From an uncultured virus (IMG/VR IMGVR_UViG_3300024518_000036) (Duplodnaviria > Heunggongvirae > Uroviricota > Caudoviricetes), in the IMG/VR virus record IMGVR_UViG_3300024518_000036: a stretch of DNA of 25,746 bases, one strand, 5' to 3'. The translations under genes were made by a program, and so were the position numbers. Position 1 is the stretch's first letter; each line of letters begins with the position of its first letter. Of the stretch, positions 1 through 8,666 are shown in pieces. Below the pieces are notes generated by a model. It saw only the letters and a list, made by a program, of their open reading frames with translations. It ran no database searches and was not told the DNA's origin.

Positions 1-2
1 CG

Positions 3-392
3 CTTCGGCGAAGGCAGGAAGAGCATCGGCTTGCTCAACTGGCCCTGGCTTCGGGGTACACGCCCGAGATGCGTCGGTTCCTGCAGAGCATCGGAGCGAC
101 GAAGCTCACTTTCTGGTCGTACGGCGCGAACAGGGCGGTGCAGCCTGACTGGCCTGAATGGGCGGAGGACGACAATCTCGTCACTCCTTCTGGTGTGGTC
201 GTGCCCTTTGCAGGGTTCTTTCGTGGGGCGGCTGAAGAAGCAGGGGAAGCAACAAGCCCCACTGATTTGACAGAGGCTCAGCACACGACTCTGCTTCGCA
301 TCGGCTACGAGAGGGGGGAAGCCCGGAAGAATCGGAACCGGAGAAGGAAACCTCGGCGTAGCGCCCGGAAGCGGAGAAGTCGATGGCGGTAA
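3..392 (+). CDS. hypothetical protein, 5'-truncated by window edge, Arg-rich C-terminus
   Basis: The frame of ORF 69..392 is open back to base 3. It ends ...EARKNRNRRRKPRRSARKRRSRWR and its end overlaps the start of the next gene. Confidence 0.55.
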   Translation, partial: LRRRQEEHRLAQLALASGYTPEMRRFLQSIGATKLTFWSYGANRAVQPDWPEWAEDDNLVTPSGVVVPFAGFFRGAAEEAGEATSPTDLTEAQHTTLLRIGYERGEARKNRNRRRKPRRSARKRRSRWR

Positions 393-1042
393 AGAGCCCT
401 TACGACGACCTGAGAGCTGCCCAGACTCTGGCGCAGGGACAACGTCTCTACAAGAAGCTCGGACGCTACCTCTCTGGGGATACGAAAGGAGTTCGCACTG
501 CGGCCACGCGTCGAGCAATTGCCACGAGGCGATGGCGGGACGAGGCCAAGGAAGTCAGGCGCCAGTTGGAGCAGCGCTTCGGTGACACGGTTCGTCTGAC
601 CAGTGCCACCATCTACGCCACTGCCGCCTCCGGAAAGGAAGGGGGGAGGGCAAGGCGTGTGGAGCCAACTTGGTCCCGGCGAAGGCACTTCACCGCCCCG
701 AAGCCGGATCGAGAGGCTCTACATGAACCATACATCCTTCATGTTCCTGTAGACGACGTGACCTATGAACCCCTGGGCGTCTATCCCAACTTGACAGACG
801 CTCTTCAAGTCGCGGCGAATCTTCGCCGGGTGCGAAAGGGCATCACACCGGGAGTGACATACAAGGCGTCCGAACTCGTCCTCTTACAAGAGGAGCTTCG
901 GGCTGTAGACTCGACTCTGGGGTCCCTGACGGTTCACCTCAAGCGTCTCATGGAGCGGAAGAGGAGGCTGGAGAGGGACATCGAGCAGCTGAGCATACGA
1001 GAGCAGGACTTGGGTAAAGGAATGGGAGCCCCACCAGAGTAG
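383..1042 (+). CDS. hypothetical protein with C-terminal coiled coil
   Basis: 219-aa ORF with GGAG upstream and heptad-like LQEELRAVDSTLGSLTVHLKRLMERKRRLERDIEQL. Confidence 0.65.
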   Translation: MAVKSPYDDLRAAQTLAQGQRLYKKLGRYLSGDTKGVRTAATRRAIATRRWRDEAKEVRRQLEQRFGDTVRLTSATIYATAASGKEGGRARRVEPTWSRRRHFTAPKPDREALHEPYILHVPVDDVTYEPLGVYPNLTDALQVAANLRRVRKGITPGVTYKASELVLLQEELRAVDSTLGSLTVHLKRLMERKRRLERDIEQLSIREQDLGKGMGAPPE

Positions 1043-1069
1043 TTGCCCCTTCTTGCTCGCCGGTTAGTG

Positions 1070-1083
1070 TTGTCATCTGGCAA
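1070..1083. promoter_or_regulatory. putative operator, imperfect palindrome TTGTCA-TC-TGGCAA
   Basis: Intergenic, upstream of 1108. Same pattern as 8633-8645 and 19055-19068. Flanked by the inverted repeat CTCGCCGG (1056-1063)/CCGGCGAG (1092-1099). Confidence 0.4.
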
Positions 1084-1107
1084 AGCACAGGCCGGCGAGG
1101 AGAGGAC

Positions 1108-1584
1108 ATGGGAGTCACATACAGCTGCAAGATGGCCGTTGGGGTCGTCGTTCACGAAGTGGACGACTTCTTCTTCGAGGTCAAGAAGACCAAGGAGACC
1201 GTGGAGGCCGACTGCTCGCATCCCGAGGGCCAAGGCAACCGCTTCTGCCCGAAGTGCGGGGCCGAAGGTGAGCACGAGATCGAGCACGAGAAGAAGACAC
1301 CGAAGAAGGAGTTTGCCGGCGACCTCGACGAGGACGCGGAGGACTGGATGTACGACGATCCGGTCTCCATTGCGGGCTTGGACTTCTTCACCTTGAAATA
1401 CGACCCCTACGGCACCAGTGTCTACGTCTACGGGGAGGAGCTTGGGTCGGCTGGTGGCTACGGAGCCACTACGGTCTGCGAGGATGCTGACAACATGACA
1501 GTGACCATCGAGCGCGTGCAGACCCGGCTGGTGGAGCTAGGTCTGCCGAAGGCCCAGATCTTCCTGTCGATGAGCGCGGGATGA
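1108..1584 (+). CDS. hypothetical protein with zinc-ribbon motif
   Basis: RBS GAGGAGAGG. Motif CSH-x7-FCPKCG. ATGA overlap with the next gene. Confidence 0.75.
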   Translation: MGVTYSCKMAVGVVVHEVDDFFFEVKKTKETVEADCSHPEGQGNRFCPKCGAEGEHEIEHEKKTPKKEFAGDLDEDAEDWMYDDPVSIAGLDFFTLKYDPYGTSVYVYGEELGSAGGYGATTVCEDADNMTVTIERVQTRLVELGLPKAQIFLSMSAG

Positions 1585-1904
1585 TTGATCTATGGGCCGT
1601 GATGTCGCACCCCTCGGGGGAGCACCCCAACGACGTGGTGCACCCAGACGGGTGGCCGTCGGGTGAGTCCCAGGCGGACTACGAACCTGCAGGTCCGTGG
1701 GAGCCGATCTCCTACGACAGCACATCCTTCAAGTTCATGTGGAGGAGACCCTATCGAGAGAAGAAGTCCGACCTGGAGAAGCTGGCGACTGCGAAGTCGG
1801 CCGTCAGCAACAGGGAAATCGAGGAGCTGGAGCGCATGGCGAAGGGCGTTCTTCGCGTCACGGCTGATCTCCGCTCCATTCGTGACGTGCTGGAGCAATC
1901 ATGA
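1581..1904 (+). CDS. hypothetical protein
   Basis: 107-aa ORF with ATGA overlaps at both ends. Confidence 0.7.
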   Translation: MIDLWAVMSHPSGEHPNDVVHPDGWPSGESQADYEPAGPWEPISYDSTSFKFMWRRPYREKKSDLEKLATAKSAVSNREIEELERMAKGVLRVTADLRSIRDVLEQS

Positions 1905-2566
1905 AAACCGACCGCGTCGAGAAGGCCCAGGCGGCTCTGGACAACCTCCTCTCCTGCGACACAGCTGCGCTCAAAGAGCTGATGCGGAAGCACAAGATCT
2001 ACGAGGAGGGTCTCTTCTCCTTCGCGAAGTTCAAGAAGGGCGACCGGGTCATCATTACCGGCTCCATCTACGGGAACCCCGACCACGGCACCTACAGGAG
2101 TACGAGGGCCATGATGAAAGGGACCTCCGGCGTTGTGGATTCCGTCGACTGGCACGAGTATCGAAAGAGCGATGGGGGCTACTTCTGCTGCATGTTCCAG
2201 CCGGACATGGAGTCCTGGGTCTCCTCGCGACCCCCCTGGGGGAACAGCGGGGAGTTGGGAGAGCTGGGCATCGAGTACCTGAACCTGAACCTGAACGTCG
2301 ATCGCCACCTGTTCTTCATGCATGAAAGGGACCTGACGATTCAGCCGGAGGGCTACGACACCTCGGTCCACGTGGAGTGCCGGAGTTGCGGCTGGCGGGG
2401 AGATCACAGGGAATTGGAGTCTCGCCCACCAGAAGGCTACAGCCACCTTCGCCTTTGGTGTGTACAAGAGGGCTGCACCAATCACGACGGCGGCTACCCC
2501 GAAGACCGGGGATTCACCGTCCTGAGCAGCCCTGCCAGTCGCTGGCTGGAGACGAAGGATGAGTGA
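1901..2566 (+). CDS. hypothetical protein with possible C-terminal Zn finger
   Basis: GGAG RBS, CRSC...CVQEGC, and overlaps with both neighbours. Confidence 0.7.
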   Translation: MKTDRVEKAQAALDNLLSCDTAALKELMRKHKIYEEGLFSFAKFKKGDRVIITGSIYGNPDHGTYRSTRAMMKGTSGVVDSVDWHEYRKSDGGYFCCMFQPDMESWVSSRPPWGNSGELGELGIEYLNLNLNVDRHLFFMHERDLTIQPEGYDTSVHVECRSCGWRGDHRELESRPPEGYSHLRLWCVQEGCTNHDGGYPEDRGFTVLSSPASRWLETKDE

Positions 2567-3068
2567 CGAGACCGAAGACCCCCGCATCCAGAACATCATC
2601 GAGTTCTTCACGATGGCTGCGAAGGAGACCTTTGAGCCCACCGAGGCTCTGTCACTGGCTCACGAGGAGCTTCAAGAAGTCGTGGTGGCCGGGATTCTCC
2701 GTACGCTGAAACCTCTGCTGGCCGTTGCTGACGAGGGGGCGCACGGGGAAGCCGCGAAAGGGCTGATGAAGAAGCTGCACGAGCTGACGGAGCGCCGGCC
2801 GGAGCTGAAGAAGCACTTCAAGGAGGTGGGACAACAGGCCTTTGGGCGTGGGGTCGGCCACCAGACCTGGGATTCGTCTCCGGTCTCAGTAGAACAGAAG
2901 GCGCTCCGTCAGGCACAGCCGGGGATGACACCGCTGCAGCAGGGAGTAGCTGCTCACCCCTATCTGGAGCGCTACTACTCCAACCCGCGGCCGGTTTCGG
3001 TGTGGCCGCCGATGTTCCTCTGGCCGGATGGCGACGAGATCATCGGGGCGGAGTACGAGGACGCATAG
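2559..3068 (+). CDS. hypothetical protein
   Basis: 169-aa ORF overlapping the previous stop, in the same operon-like run. Confidence 0.65.
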   Translation: MSDETEDPRIQNIIEFFTMAAKETFEPTEALSLAHEELQEVVVAGILRTLKPLLAVADEGAHGEAAKGLMKKLHELTERRPELKKHFKEVGQQAFGRGVGHQTWDSSPVSVEQKALRQAQPGMTPLQQGVAAHPYLERYYSNPRPVSVWPPMFLWPDGDEIIGAEYEDA

Positions 3069-3078
3069 GAGGATCTCA

Positions 3079-6000
3079 ATGAGGACAAACAACTGGACCA
3101 TCATGGCCCCCCATGCCCGGCTGGCTTTCGGCTTGGAAGGCGAAGACACGCTGAGGAACTTCGGCGACAACCCCCTCTCCGCGTTTCATACGGAGCTGCA
3201 GAAGATAGCGGGCGTGAAGCTCAAGAAAGGGCTCTGGAACGTCCCCTTGAACGCCATCAGCGTCGTGGACACCCTTCAGAAGCAGTTTCCTGGCGTCTCC
3301 ACGATGGCAGCTGCTTGGGTGACCGAGCCGACCCGCTCAGTGGACTGGGAAATCGTGGAGTGCGTTCTCCGGGAACGAGGGGAAGTCCAAGAGTGGGTCC
3401 TTGACGGCTTCCTGACGGCGTATCAGGAGGAGTCCATTGCCTTCGGGTGGACCGGAGCAGGCATTCACTACTGGCATCCCACCGGCTGCTTGACTGGTGA
3501 CACAAAGCTCAAGATCAACCGAGGAGGCAAGACCTTTGACATCGATCTGAAGACGCTGGTTCGACGTGTGCAGGGCGAATGGGGGGGAAAAGGGAAGCAG
3601 TGGGATCTGTCTATTCCTACCTTCGTTCAGTGCATGGTCGATGGTCACGTGCGGCTGAACAGGCTGGTGGATGCCTTTTACACGGGGGAGAAAGAGGTGC
3701 ATGGGGTCATTGTGGACGACCCAAACGATGGTCCAGGGCACCCCATCTACCGGATTTGGGCAACGAAGGACCACCGCTTTGCCACTCCCAGCGGCTTCAA
3801 GCGACTGGAGAACCTCTCCGTAGGGGATGAGGTCATGGTTCGTGGGAGCCAGAAGAAGGGCAAGAAGAAGCCCAAAACAAGCTACAAGCAGGTCGGGGTT
3901 CGGCATCACCCGCACGCTGTCGTCGCTTCTATCCAGGGTTGGACCGAGACGCTCAAGCGCCGCTACCGACGGGGCTACGTGGAAAGGAGCTACCGCGTTC
4001 CCGAGCATCGCCTGGTGATGGAAGCCGTGCTCAATGAGATGGCGTTGGACGAGTGGCTCAAGATTTGTCGAAAGGCCCCAACGTGTGAGGGGATGTTCTC
4101 TGCTTACCCCAATGTCCTCGGGCCAATGGGGCATACGCCTTTCACCGTCCTCGACCCCCGAACCCATGCTGTTCACCACAAGAACGGGGACCACAAGGAC
4201 AACAGGTCGGAGAACCTCGAAGTGCTCACGCACGAAGAGCACTGGGCTCGTCACGGGCGTGAGGAGACGTGGAAGAACGTCGTTGCCGACGTGGTTCCGG
4301 TGAAGATCAAGACCATCGTGCCTGTCGGGAAGGATCACACCTACGACTTGACGATGGAGAGTCCGCATAACAACTACGTGGCCAACGGCTTTGTCGTTCA
4401 CAACAGCGGAAAAACGTTAACCGGCCTTCTGTGCTCCCTTTCCGTCCCTGGTCCAGTGATCGTTGTGACCCGAGCTGCGGCTCGTCTTCAGTACGCCCGG
4501 GAAATAGAGCGCTTCCTCAACGTCAGGGCTTACGTGGTCCGCCCCGAGTCCGAGTTGACCGGGCAGATCCGTGTTCGGGGGGAGAGTCGGTTTGAGTGGC
4601 TGGCGAGGCATCGTAGGGGACCGGTACGGGTCAACGGGGAGTCGTACAGGGAATGGCAAGCTCGGCAGCCAAAGGCTGGACCTGTCCGGGTCAACGGGGA
4701 GTCCTACGGGGAGTGGCAATCTCGGAACAAAGGCCGCTTTTCTCGCGAAGAGATGAAGCTCAACTGGAGCGCCTACAAGGAGGAGCACGGGCTCGACAAC
4801 CCTGGGATGTCCCGTGATGGGATGAAGGCTGCCTGGGAGAGCCACAAGATCGAACACGGGCTCGACAACCCTGGGATGTCTAAGGCTGAACTGTCGGATG
4901 CGTGGAAAGCGCACAAAGAGGCTTACGGGATCGACCCACCCAGGCGACTCCCGGACTACCTCGAAGAGTGTCGGGATGCTGCCCGCCGCCCGTTCATCGT
5001 GGTCGGGTGGGAGGCGTTGACCGCCAACATTGGGCGTCTGGCTGCTCTCCATCCGGGTGTGGTCATCTTCGACGAGTCCCATCGGGGCAAGTCCACCAAG
5101 CGTTGGGACGTGGTGCATCTCCCAGAGCTTCCCGATGACGTAGTGGAAGCCAGGGAAGCTCTTGGCGAGTACACCGCCGACGCGCGGTCCAAGGACGGAT
5201 TCATCAAGGATACGGGGGAGGAGGGCTGGAAGATGTTCGTTCCTGTTCTCAACACAGCGGCGTCCGCAGCGCACCTGGCCAGGGCAGCGAAGAAGCGCAT
5301 CTGCACTACAGCAACGCCTGTGAAGGACAGAGTTCGGGATCTCTGGTCTCAGCTTGACCTTGCAGAGCCCAACGCCTGGGGAAACGCCACGTCTTTCCAG
5401 GACCGCTACTGCGACCGCAAGCCTGGCATCTACGGTGGCTACGACACCAAGGGGAGCAGCAACCTCGACGAGTTGAACCTGCGTCTTGGCAACGTCGCTC
5501 ACATCCTCGCCTACGAGGAGACTCACCGACAGCTTCCCGCCAAGCGGCGGCAGTCTGTCTACATTGCACCGGAGGACCAGTGCCGTCCGGCGTCTGGCTT
5601 CCCGGCAGAGCTGCGCGAGGCGAAGAAGAGAGGTGCGAACGCCGTGCTGGAAGTTAGGCTCGCCCAGGCGGCATCGAAGAAGCGGAAGGCTGTCCTCGAC
5701 ATGGTCATCGACCACGTGTCCTCGAAGCACAAGGTCGTCATCTTCACGGGACGTAAAAGGGACTGCGACCAGCTCGGTGAAGACATGAGGAAAGCAGTCG
5801 GCAAGCTGAAGCAGCCTGCGACTGTCTGGTCAGCCCACGGGGAGCAGTCCGTCAAGCACCGACAGAACATCATTGACGAGTACATGGCCCATCCTGGTCC
5901 CTGTGTTCTCGTGGGAACTGGCCATGCCTTCGGCGAGTCGTTGAACATTCACGACACCGACGCGGCCTTCTTCGTGATGCTGCCCTACACGCCAGGTCAG

Positions 6001-6246
6001 CTGCGTCAGTGGGAAGGGCGCTTCACCCGTCTGGGGCAGACCCGTCCGGTCGTCATCTACTACGTCATCTGCGAAGACAGCGTTGATGAACACATCGCTT
6101 CCATCCTCATCGACAAGCTTCCTGCCGTCCAGAAAGTAGTCAAAGACGCGGAGTTGGCAGAGGCGAGGGACGTTCTTGCGGGCTTCGACCCGAATCAGAC
6201 GGATGACGAGTTCGTAGATTCGATCCTCGCCGACTTGGATTTCTGA
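3079..6246 (+). CDS. SNF2/SWI2-family (superfamily 2) helicase/ATPase, intein-containing
   Basis: RBS AGGAGG before ATG 3079. After intein removal: motif I HPTG-SGKT, Ia VIVVTRAA, II VIFDESH, III TATP, IV KVVIFT, V GESLN, VI QWEGRFTRLGQ. Confidence 0.9.
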   Translation: MRTNNWTIMAPHARLAFGLEGEDTLRNFGDNPLSAFHTELQKIAGVKLKKGLWNVPLNAISVVDTLQKQFPGVSTMAAAWVTEPTRSVDWEIVECVLRERGEVQEWVLDGFLTAYQEESIAFGWTGAGIHYWHPTGCLTGDTKLKINRGGKTFDIDLKTLVRRVQGEWGGKGKQWDLSIPTFVQCMVDGHVRLNRLVDAFYTGEKEVHGVIVDDPNDGPGHPIYRIWATKDHRFATPSGFKRLENLSVGDEVMVRGSQKKGKKKPKTSYKQVGVRHHPHAVVASIQGWTETLKRRYRRGYVERSYRVPEHRLVMEAVLNEMALDEWLKICRKAPTCEGMFSAYPNVLGPMGHTPFTVLDPRTHAVHHKNGDHKDNRSENLEVLTHEEHWARHGREETWKNVVADVVPVKIKTIVPVGKDHTYDLTMESPHNNYVANGFVVHNSGKTLTGLLCSLSVPGPVIVVTRAAARLQYAREIERFLNVRAYVVRPESELTGQIRVRGESRFEWLARHRRGPVRVNGESYREWQARQPKAGPVRVNGESYGEWQSRNKGRFSREEMKLNWSAYKEEHGLDNPGMSRDGMKAAWESHKIEHGLDNPGMSKAELSDAWKAHKEAYGIDPPRRLPDYLEECRDAARRPFIVVGWEALTANIGRLAALHPGVVIFDESHRGKSTKRWDVVHLPELPDDVVEAREALGEYTADARSKDGFIKDTGEEGWKMFVPVLNTAASAAHLARAAKKRICTTATPVKDRVRDLWSQLDLAEPNAWGNATSFQDRYCDRKPGIYGGYDTKGSSNLDELNLRLGNVAHILAYEETHRQLPAKRRQSVYIAPEDQCRPASGFPAELREAKKRGANAVLEVRLAQAASKKRKAVLDMVIDHVSSKHKVVIFTGRKRDCDQLGEDMRKAVGKLKQPATVWSAHGEQSVKHRQNIIDEYMAHPGPCVLVGTGHAFGESLNIHDTDAAFFVMLPYTPGQLRQWEGRFTRLGQTRPVVIYYVICEDSVDEHIASILIDKLPAVQKVVKDAELAEARDVLAGFDPNQTDDEFVDSILADLDF
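3487..4404 (+). mobile_element. intein (306 aa) with HNH homing endonuclease, inserted in helicase Walker A
   Basis: Begins CLTGDT, block B ATKDHRF, ends TYDLTM..NNYVANGFVVHN followed by Ser(+1). Internal HNH: EHRLVME...VHHKNGDHKDNRSENLEVL. Confidence 0.92.
4567..4941 (+). repeat. intragenic peptide repeats (3x RVxGESxxEW then 3x SxxxxxxxWxxxKxxxGxDxP)
   Basis: DNA repeats with a 60-nt period (4621/4681), and a 26-nt identical repeat CACGGGCTCGACAACCCTGGGATGTC at 4786 and 4855. Confidence 0.9.
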
Positions 6247-6563
6247 TGCCTCTAGTGACCACCAACCAGACGCACTACTCGACCGAGGACATCGAGCGCG
6301 CGGTGATGGCCTTCGTGGGGTCTGCGAAGAGGGACCCGAGGCGCTGGAAATACGGCAAGCGAGTGCAGCCTGACTTCGGTGTCCGATACTGGTCAAACAA
6401 GGACGCACGGCCGGTTCGTCCCAGAAAGCGGGGTGGACGGGACGAGTGGGCGACCAAGTACGTCTCCTGCTACGACACCCGCCGTCACACGGAAGACAAG
6501 CACCCTTCCGAGTTGCTTCGACTCTTGGCAGACCAGCTGGAGACTGAGGGGCGGCTACTCTGA
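6246..6563 (+). CDS. hypothetical protein
   Basis: TGATG overlap with the helicase stop; 105 aa. Confidence 0.6.
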   Translation: MPLVTTNQTHYSTEDIERAVMAFVGSAKRDPRRWKYGKRVQPDFGVRYWSNKDARPVRPRKRGGRDEWATKYVSCYDTRRHTEDKHPSELLRLLADQLETEGRLL

Positions 6564-6564
6564 T

Positions 6565-6912
6565 ATGGCCTACTGTGGCGAAAGAGACGAGGAGGGTTGG
6601 TACTGCGTGCTCAAGAGCGGGCATGAGGGTCAGCACCTTTCCCTCGACAACCAACGCATCTGGAAAGGAACTCCGGGATTCCCTGTTCGCTGGGCGGCGA
6701 AGAAGGAGCCTGAGCTTCCTCGCGAACAGACGGACGAGCTGAACCCGACGCTGACGCAGGCTGAGTACAAGAGAGCGAGGATCATGAACAAGCAGACGCT
6801 GAAAGGAGCAGGAGTCCCAACCGGGGACCTGTGTCAGTGCGGCGGTCTGCTTGTTCAGATGGGGGCGTGTAAGCAATGCACCACGTGCGGTGATGGAGGG
6901 AGTTGCGGGTGA
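6565..6912 (+). CDS. small Cys/His-rich protein with C-terminal zinc ribbon resembling the NrdJ C-terminus
   Basis: ATG 1 nt after the previous stop. N-terminal C-x9-CVLKSGHEGQH and C-terminal TGDLCQCGGLLVQMGACKQCTTCGDGGSCG. Confidence 0.65.
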   Translation: MAYCGERDEEGWYCVLKSGHEGQHLSLDNQRIWKGTPGFPVRWAAKKEPELPREQTDELNPTLTQAEYKRARIMNKQTLKGAGVPTGDLCQCGGLLVQMGACKQCTTCGDGGSCG

Positions 6913-6988
6913 CCAAAATATGTCCGAGCCGCTTCGCGCAGAGTGTGTTCCCGACATAGAGTATTCCCTTCGGAAAGGAGCTTCCGCA

Positions 6989-7891
6989 ATGGGTGGTGAC
7001 GAGAAGATCATCTACACGGGGCCGTCGTCTCGGGGATGGCATCGACTTCAGCAGGCCGCGGAGTGCTTGCAGAAGTATGCTTGGGCCTACGAGGCTCCGA
7101 AAAGGAAGGGGGACGGGCTGAAGAGCCCTGCGCTGGCCAAGGGGTCGCTGATTCACCTGGCCTTGGCTCAGCACTACGCGAGGATGCGTGCCGCGCAGAA
7201 GAACCCGGTCAAGCAGCTCGGCGCCCTGGACGACGACACGCCGGAGTCGTGGTGCGAGCCGGAAGAAGCGGTTCGCTTGATCGCGAAGCTTGAAGGCATC
7301 AGTGACCAGATTGCTGACATCGCCATCCAGTCCTACCGTGACTACGTCCTTGCTCACCCTTACGAGGTGGAGTTTCAGGAGATGCGGATCGTGGAGGTCG
7401 AGGACCTGATGAGCGTCAAGATCGCTGGCAAGTACCTGCTTACAGGACGGCTGGATCTTGTCTACGAAGACCTCGGAGGCCGCATCTGGGTCATGGACCA
7501 TAAAACCACTGGGCGTCTGACGGCTCGACACAAGCAGTTCTACGCCGTCAGCGGTCAGCTCCTGGGGTACGCGCACATGGCCCGGGAGAAGTACGGAGAC
7601 CGTATGGCAGGGCTCAAGGTCAACCTCATTCAGCATGGGGACACACCGAAGTTCGAGCGCATCACACTGTCACGGAGCCCCAACCTGGAGACGAGGTTCG
7701 AGAGCATCGTGGTGGACATCGAGGAATCCATCGAACGGATGCAAGCGGCGGGGCGGGATTTCGATGACTGGCCAAAGGGTGTCAACGAGCTGACTTGCTA
7801 CCATCGTTATGGTGCCTGCGAGTTTATTGATCTGTGCCGTCACGGCTATGGGGCGAAGAAGGCGGGTAACTGGACTTGGAAGGACTTGTAG
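6989..7891 (+). CDS. PD-(D/E)XK nuclease, Cas4/AddB/RecB-like, probable 4Fe-4S iron staple
   Basis: RBS AAAGGAG. Motifs GSLIH, VEVE, GRLDLV, VMDHKT, QLLGY. One N-terminal Cys plus C-terminal C-x6-C-x5-C. Confidence 0.88.
   Translation: MGGDEKIIYTGPSSRGWHRLQQAAECLQKYAWAYEAPKRKGDGLKSPALAKGSLIHLALAQHYARMRAAQKNPVKQLGALDDDTPESWCEPEEAVRLIAKLEGISDQIADIAIQSYRDYVLAHPYEVEFQEMRIVEVEDLMSVKIAGKYLLTGRLDLVYEDLGGRIWVMDHKTTGRLTARHKQFYAVSGQLLGYAHMAREKYGDRMAGLKVNLIQHGDTPKFERITLSRSPNLETRFESIVVDIEESIERMQAAGRDFDDWPKGVNELTCYHRYGACEFIDLCRHGYGAKKAGNWTWKDL
7844..7891 (+). repeat. 48-bp direct repeat, copy 1 (3' end of nuclease gene)
   Basis: 45/48 identical to 8581-8628; both encode GYGAKKAGNWTWKDL*. Confidence 0.95.
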
Positions 7892-7944
7892 TCGACACGG
7901 CGGAGACCTCCTGATATTAGTACCCCGCTACCAGGAGATGCACA

Positions 7945-8628
7945 ATGCCAAACTACGGGAAGTTGTCCGAAGAGACTGTCGTGGCGATGAGGGAAGGCTA
8001 CGCGAAGGGCAAGCTCCTTTCTGCCATCGGGAAGGAGCACGGGATTCACCCGTCTCAGGTCAGTCGCATCGTGCGAGGCAAGAGCTACAAGCAGTTCGGT
8101 GGTCCCGTCGCGGAGACGACGAAGAAGAAGGCCGATGAGGATTGGTATGAGGTTGACAAGGCTACGGGTTGCTGGGTTTGGCAGGGCAGAACACTCCGTG
8201 GGTACGGCATCTACGCCACTGGCTACGACGCGGGGTACAGTCAGTTGGCACATCGGTACTTCTACGAGACTCGGGTTGGACCTGTGCCGGAAGGACTGGA
8301 AATCGACCACGTTTGCCAGAACAAGGCGTGCGTGAACCCAGGGCACCTTGAGGCAGTCACGGCGCAAGAGAACACCCACCGAGGCCCGAACACAAAGTTG
8401 GACTGGAAGAAGGTGCGGAAGCTGCGGTCTCTCTACGCTAAGGGTCGTACCTCACAGGCCCAGATCGCTCGGATGTTCAGGGTCAGCCGCGCTACGATCT
8501 GTGCTGTGGTGATGAACAAGAACTGGAAGGACCCAGACTACACGCCTCCCGCCTTTGGTAAGGGGCGGCGGACTGACGTGGGCTATGGGGCCAAGAAGGC
8601 AGGAAACTGGACTTGGAAGGACTTGTAG
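7945..8628 (+). CDS. free-standing HNH (homing) endonuclease with N- and C-terminal HTH domains
   Basis: AGGAG RBS. GCWVWQG..GYG..AHRYFYE..EIDHVCQNKACVNPGHLEAVTAQEN. Two HTH-like segments (KLSEETV..SQVSRIVRGKSYK and KLDWKKV..RATICAVVMNKNWK). Confidence 0.9.
   Translation: MPNYGKLSEETVVAMREGYAKGKLLSAIGKEHGIHPSQVSRIVRGKSYKQFGGPVAETTKKKADEDWYEVDKATGCWVWQGRTLRGYGIYATGYDAGYSQLAHRYFYETRVGPVPEGLEIDHVCQNKACVNPGHLEAVTAQENTHRGPNTKLDWKKVRKLRSLYAKGRTSQAQIARMFRVSRATICAVVMNKNWKDPDYTPPAFGKGRRTDVGYGAKKAGNWTWKDL
8581..8628 (+). repeat. 48-bp direct repeat, copy 2 (3' end of HNH gene)
   Basis: Differs from copy 1 only at three synonymous third positions. Confidence 0.95.
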
Positions 8629-8632
8629 CGGG

Positions 8633-8666
8633 TGCCACCTGGCAATCTTAGTGAGAGTGTTTGACA
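8633..8666 (+). promoter_or_regulatory. putative operator TGCCA-CC-TGGCAA plus consensus -35 TTGACA
   Basis: Palindrome at 8633-8644 and TTGACA at 8661-8666; no good -10 hexamer (TACCTC at 16-nt spacing). Confidence 0.4.

Noticed and set aside
2279..2297. CTGAAC x3 microrepeat (LNLNLN)
   Set aside because: Too short to be meaningful.
3028..3078. Upstream start of the helicase given in the ORF track
   Set aside because: It overlaps the previous gene; ATG 3079 has a strong AGGAGG RBS.
3337..7636. Long minus-strand ORFs (354, 437, 393, 284 aa)
   Set aside because: These are antisense shadows of well-supported + strand genes in GC-rich DNA, with no recognisable motifs.
6989..7891. Cas4 as part of a CRISPR-Cas system
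   Set aside because: No cas1/cas2 or array; the context is a phage recombination module.
7892..8580. Group I intron containing the HNH gene
   Set aside because: The upstream gene is complete with its own stop, and there is too little non-coding sequence for a ribozyme core.
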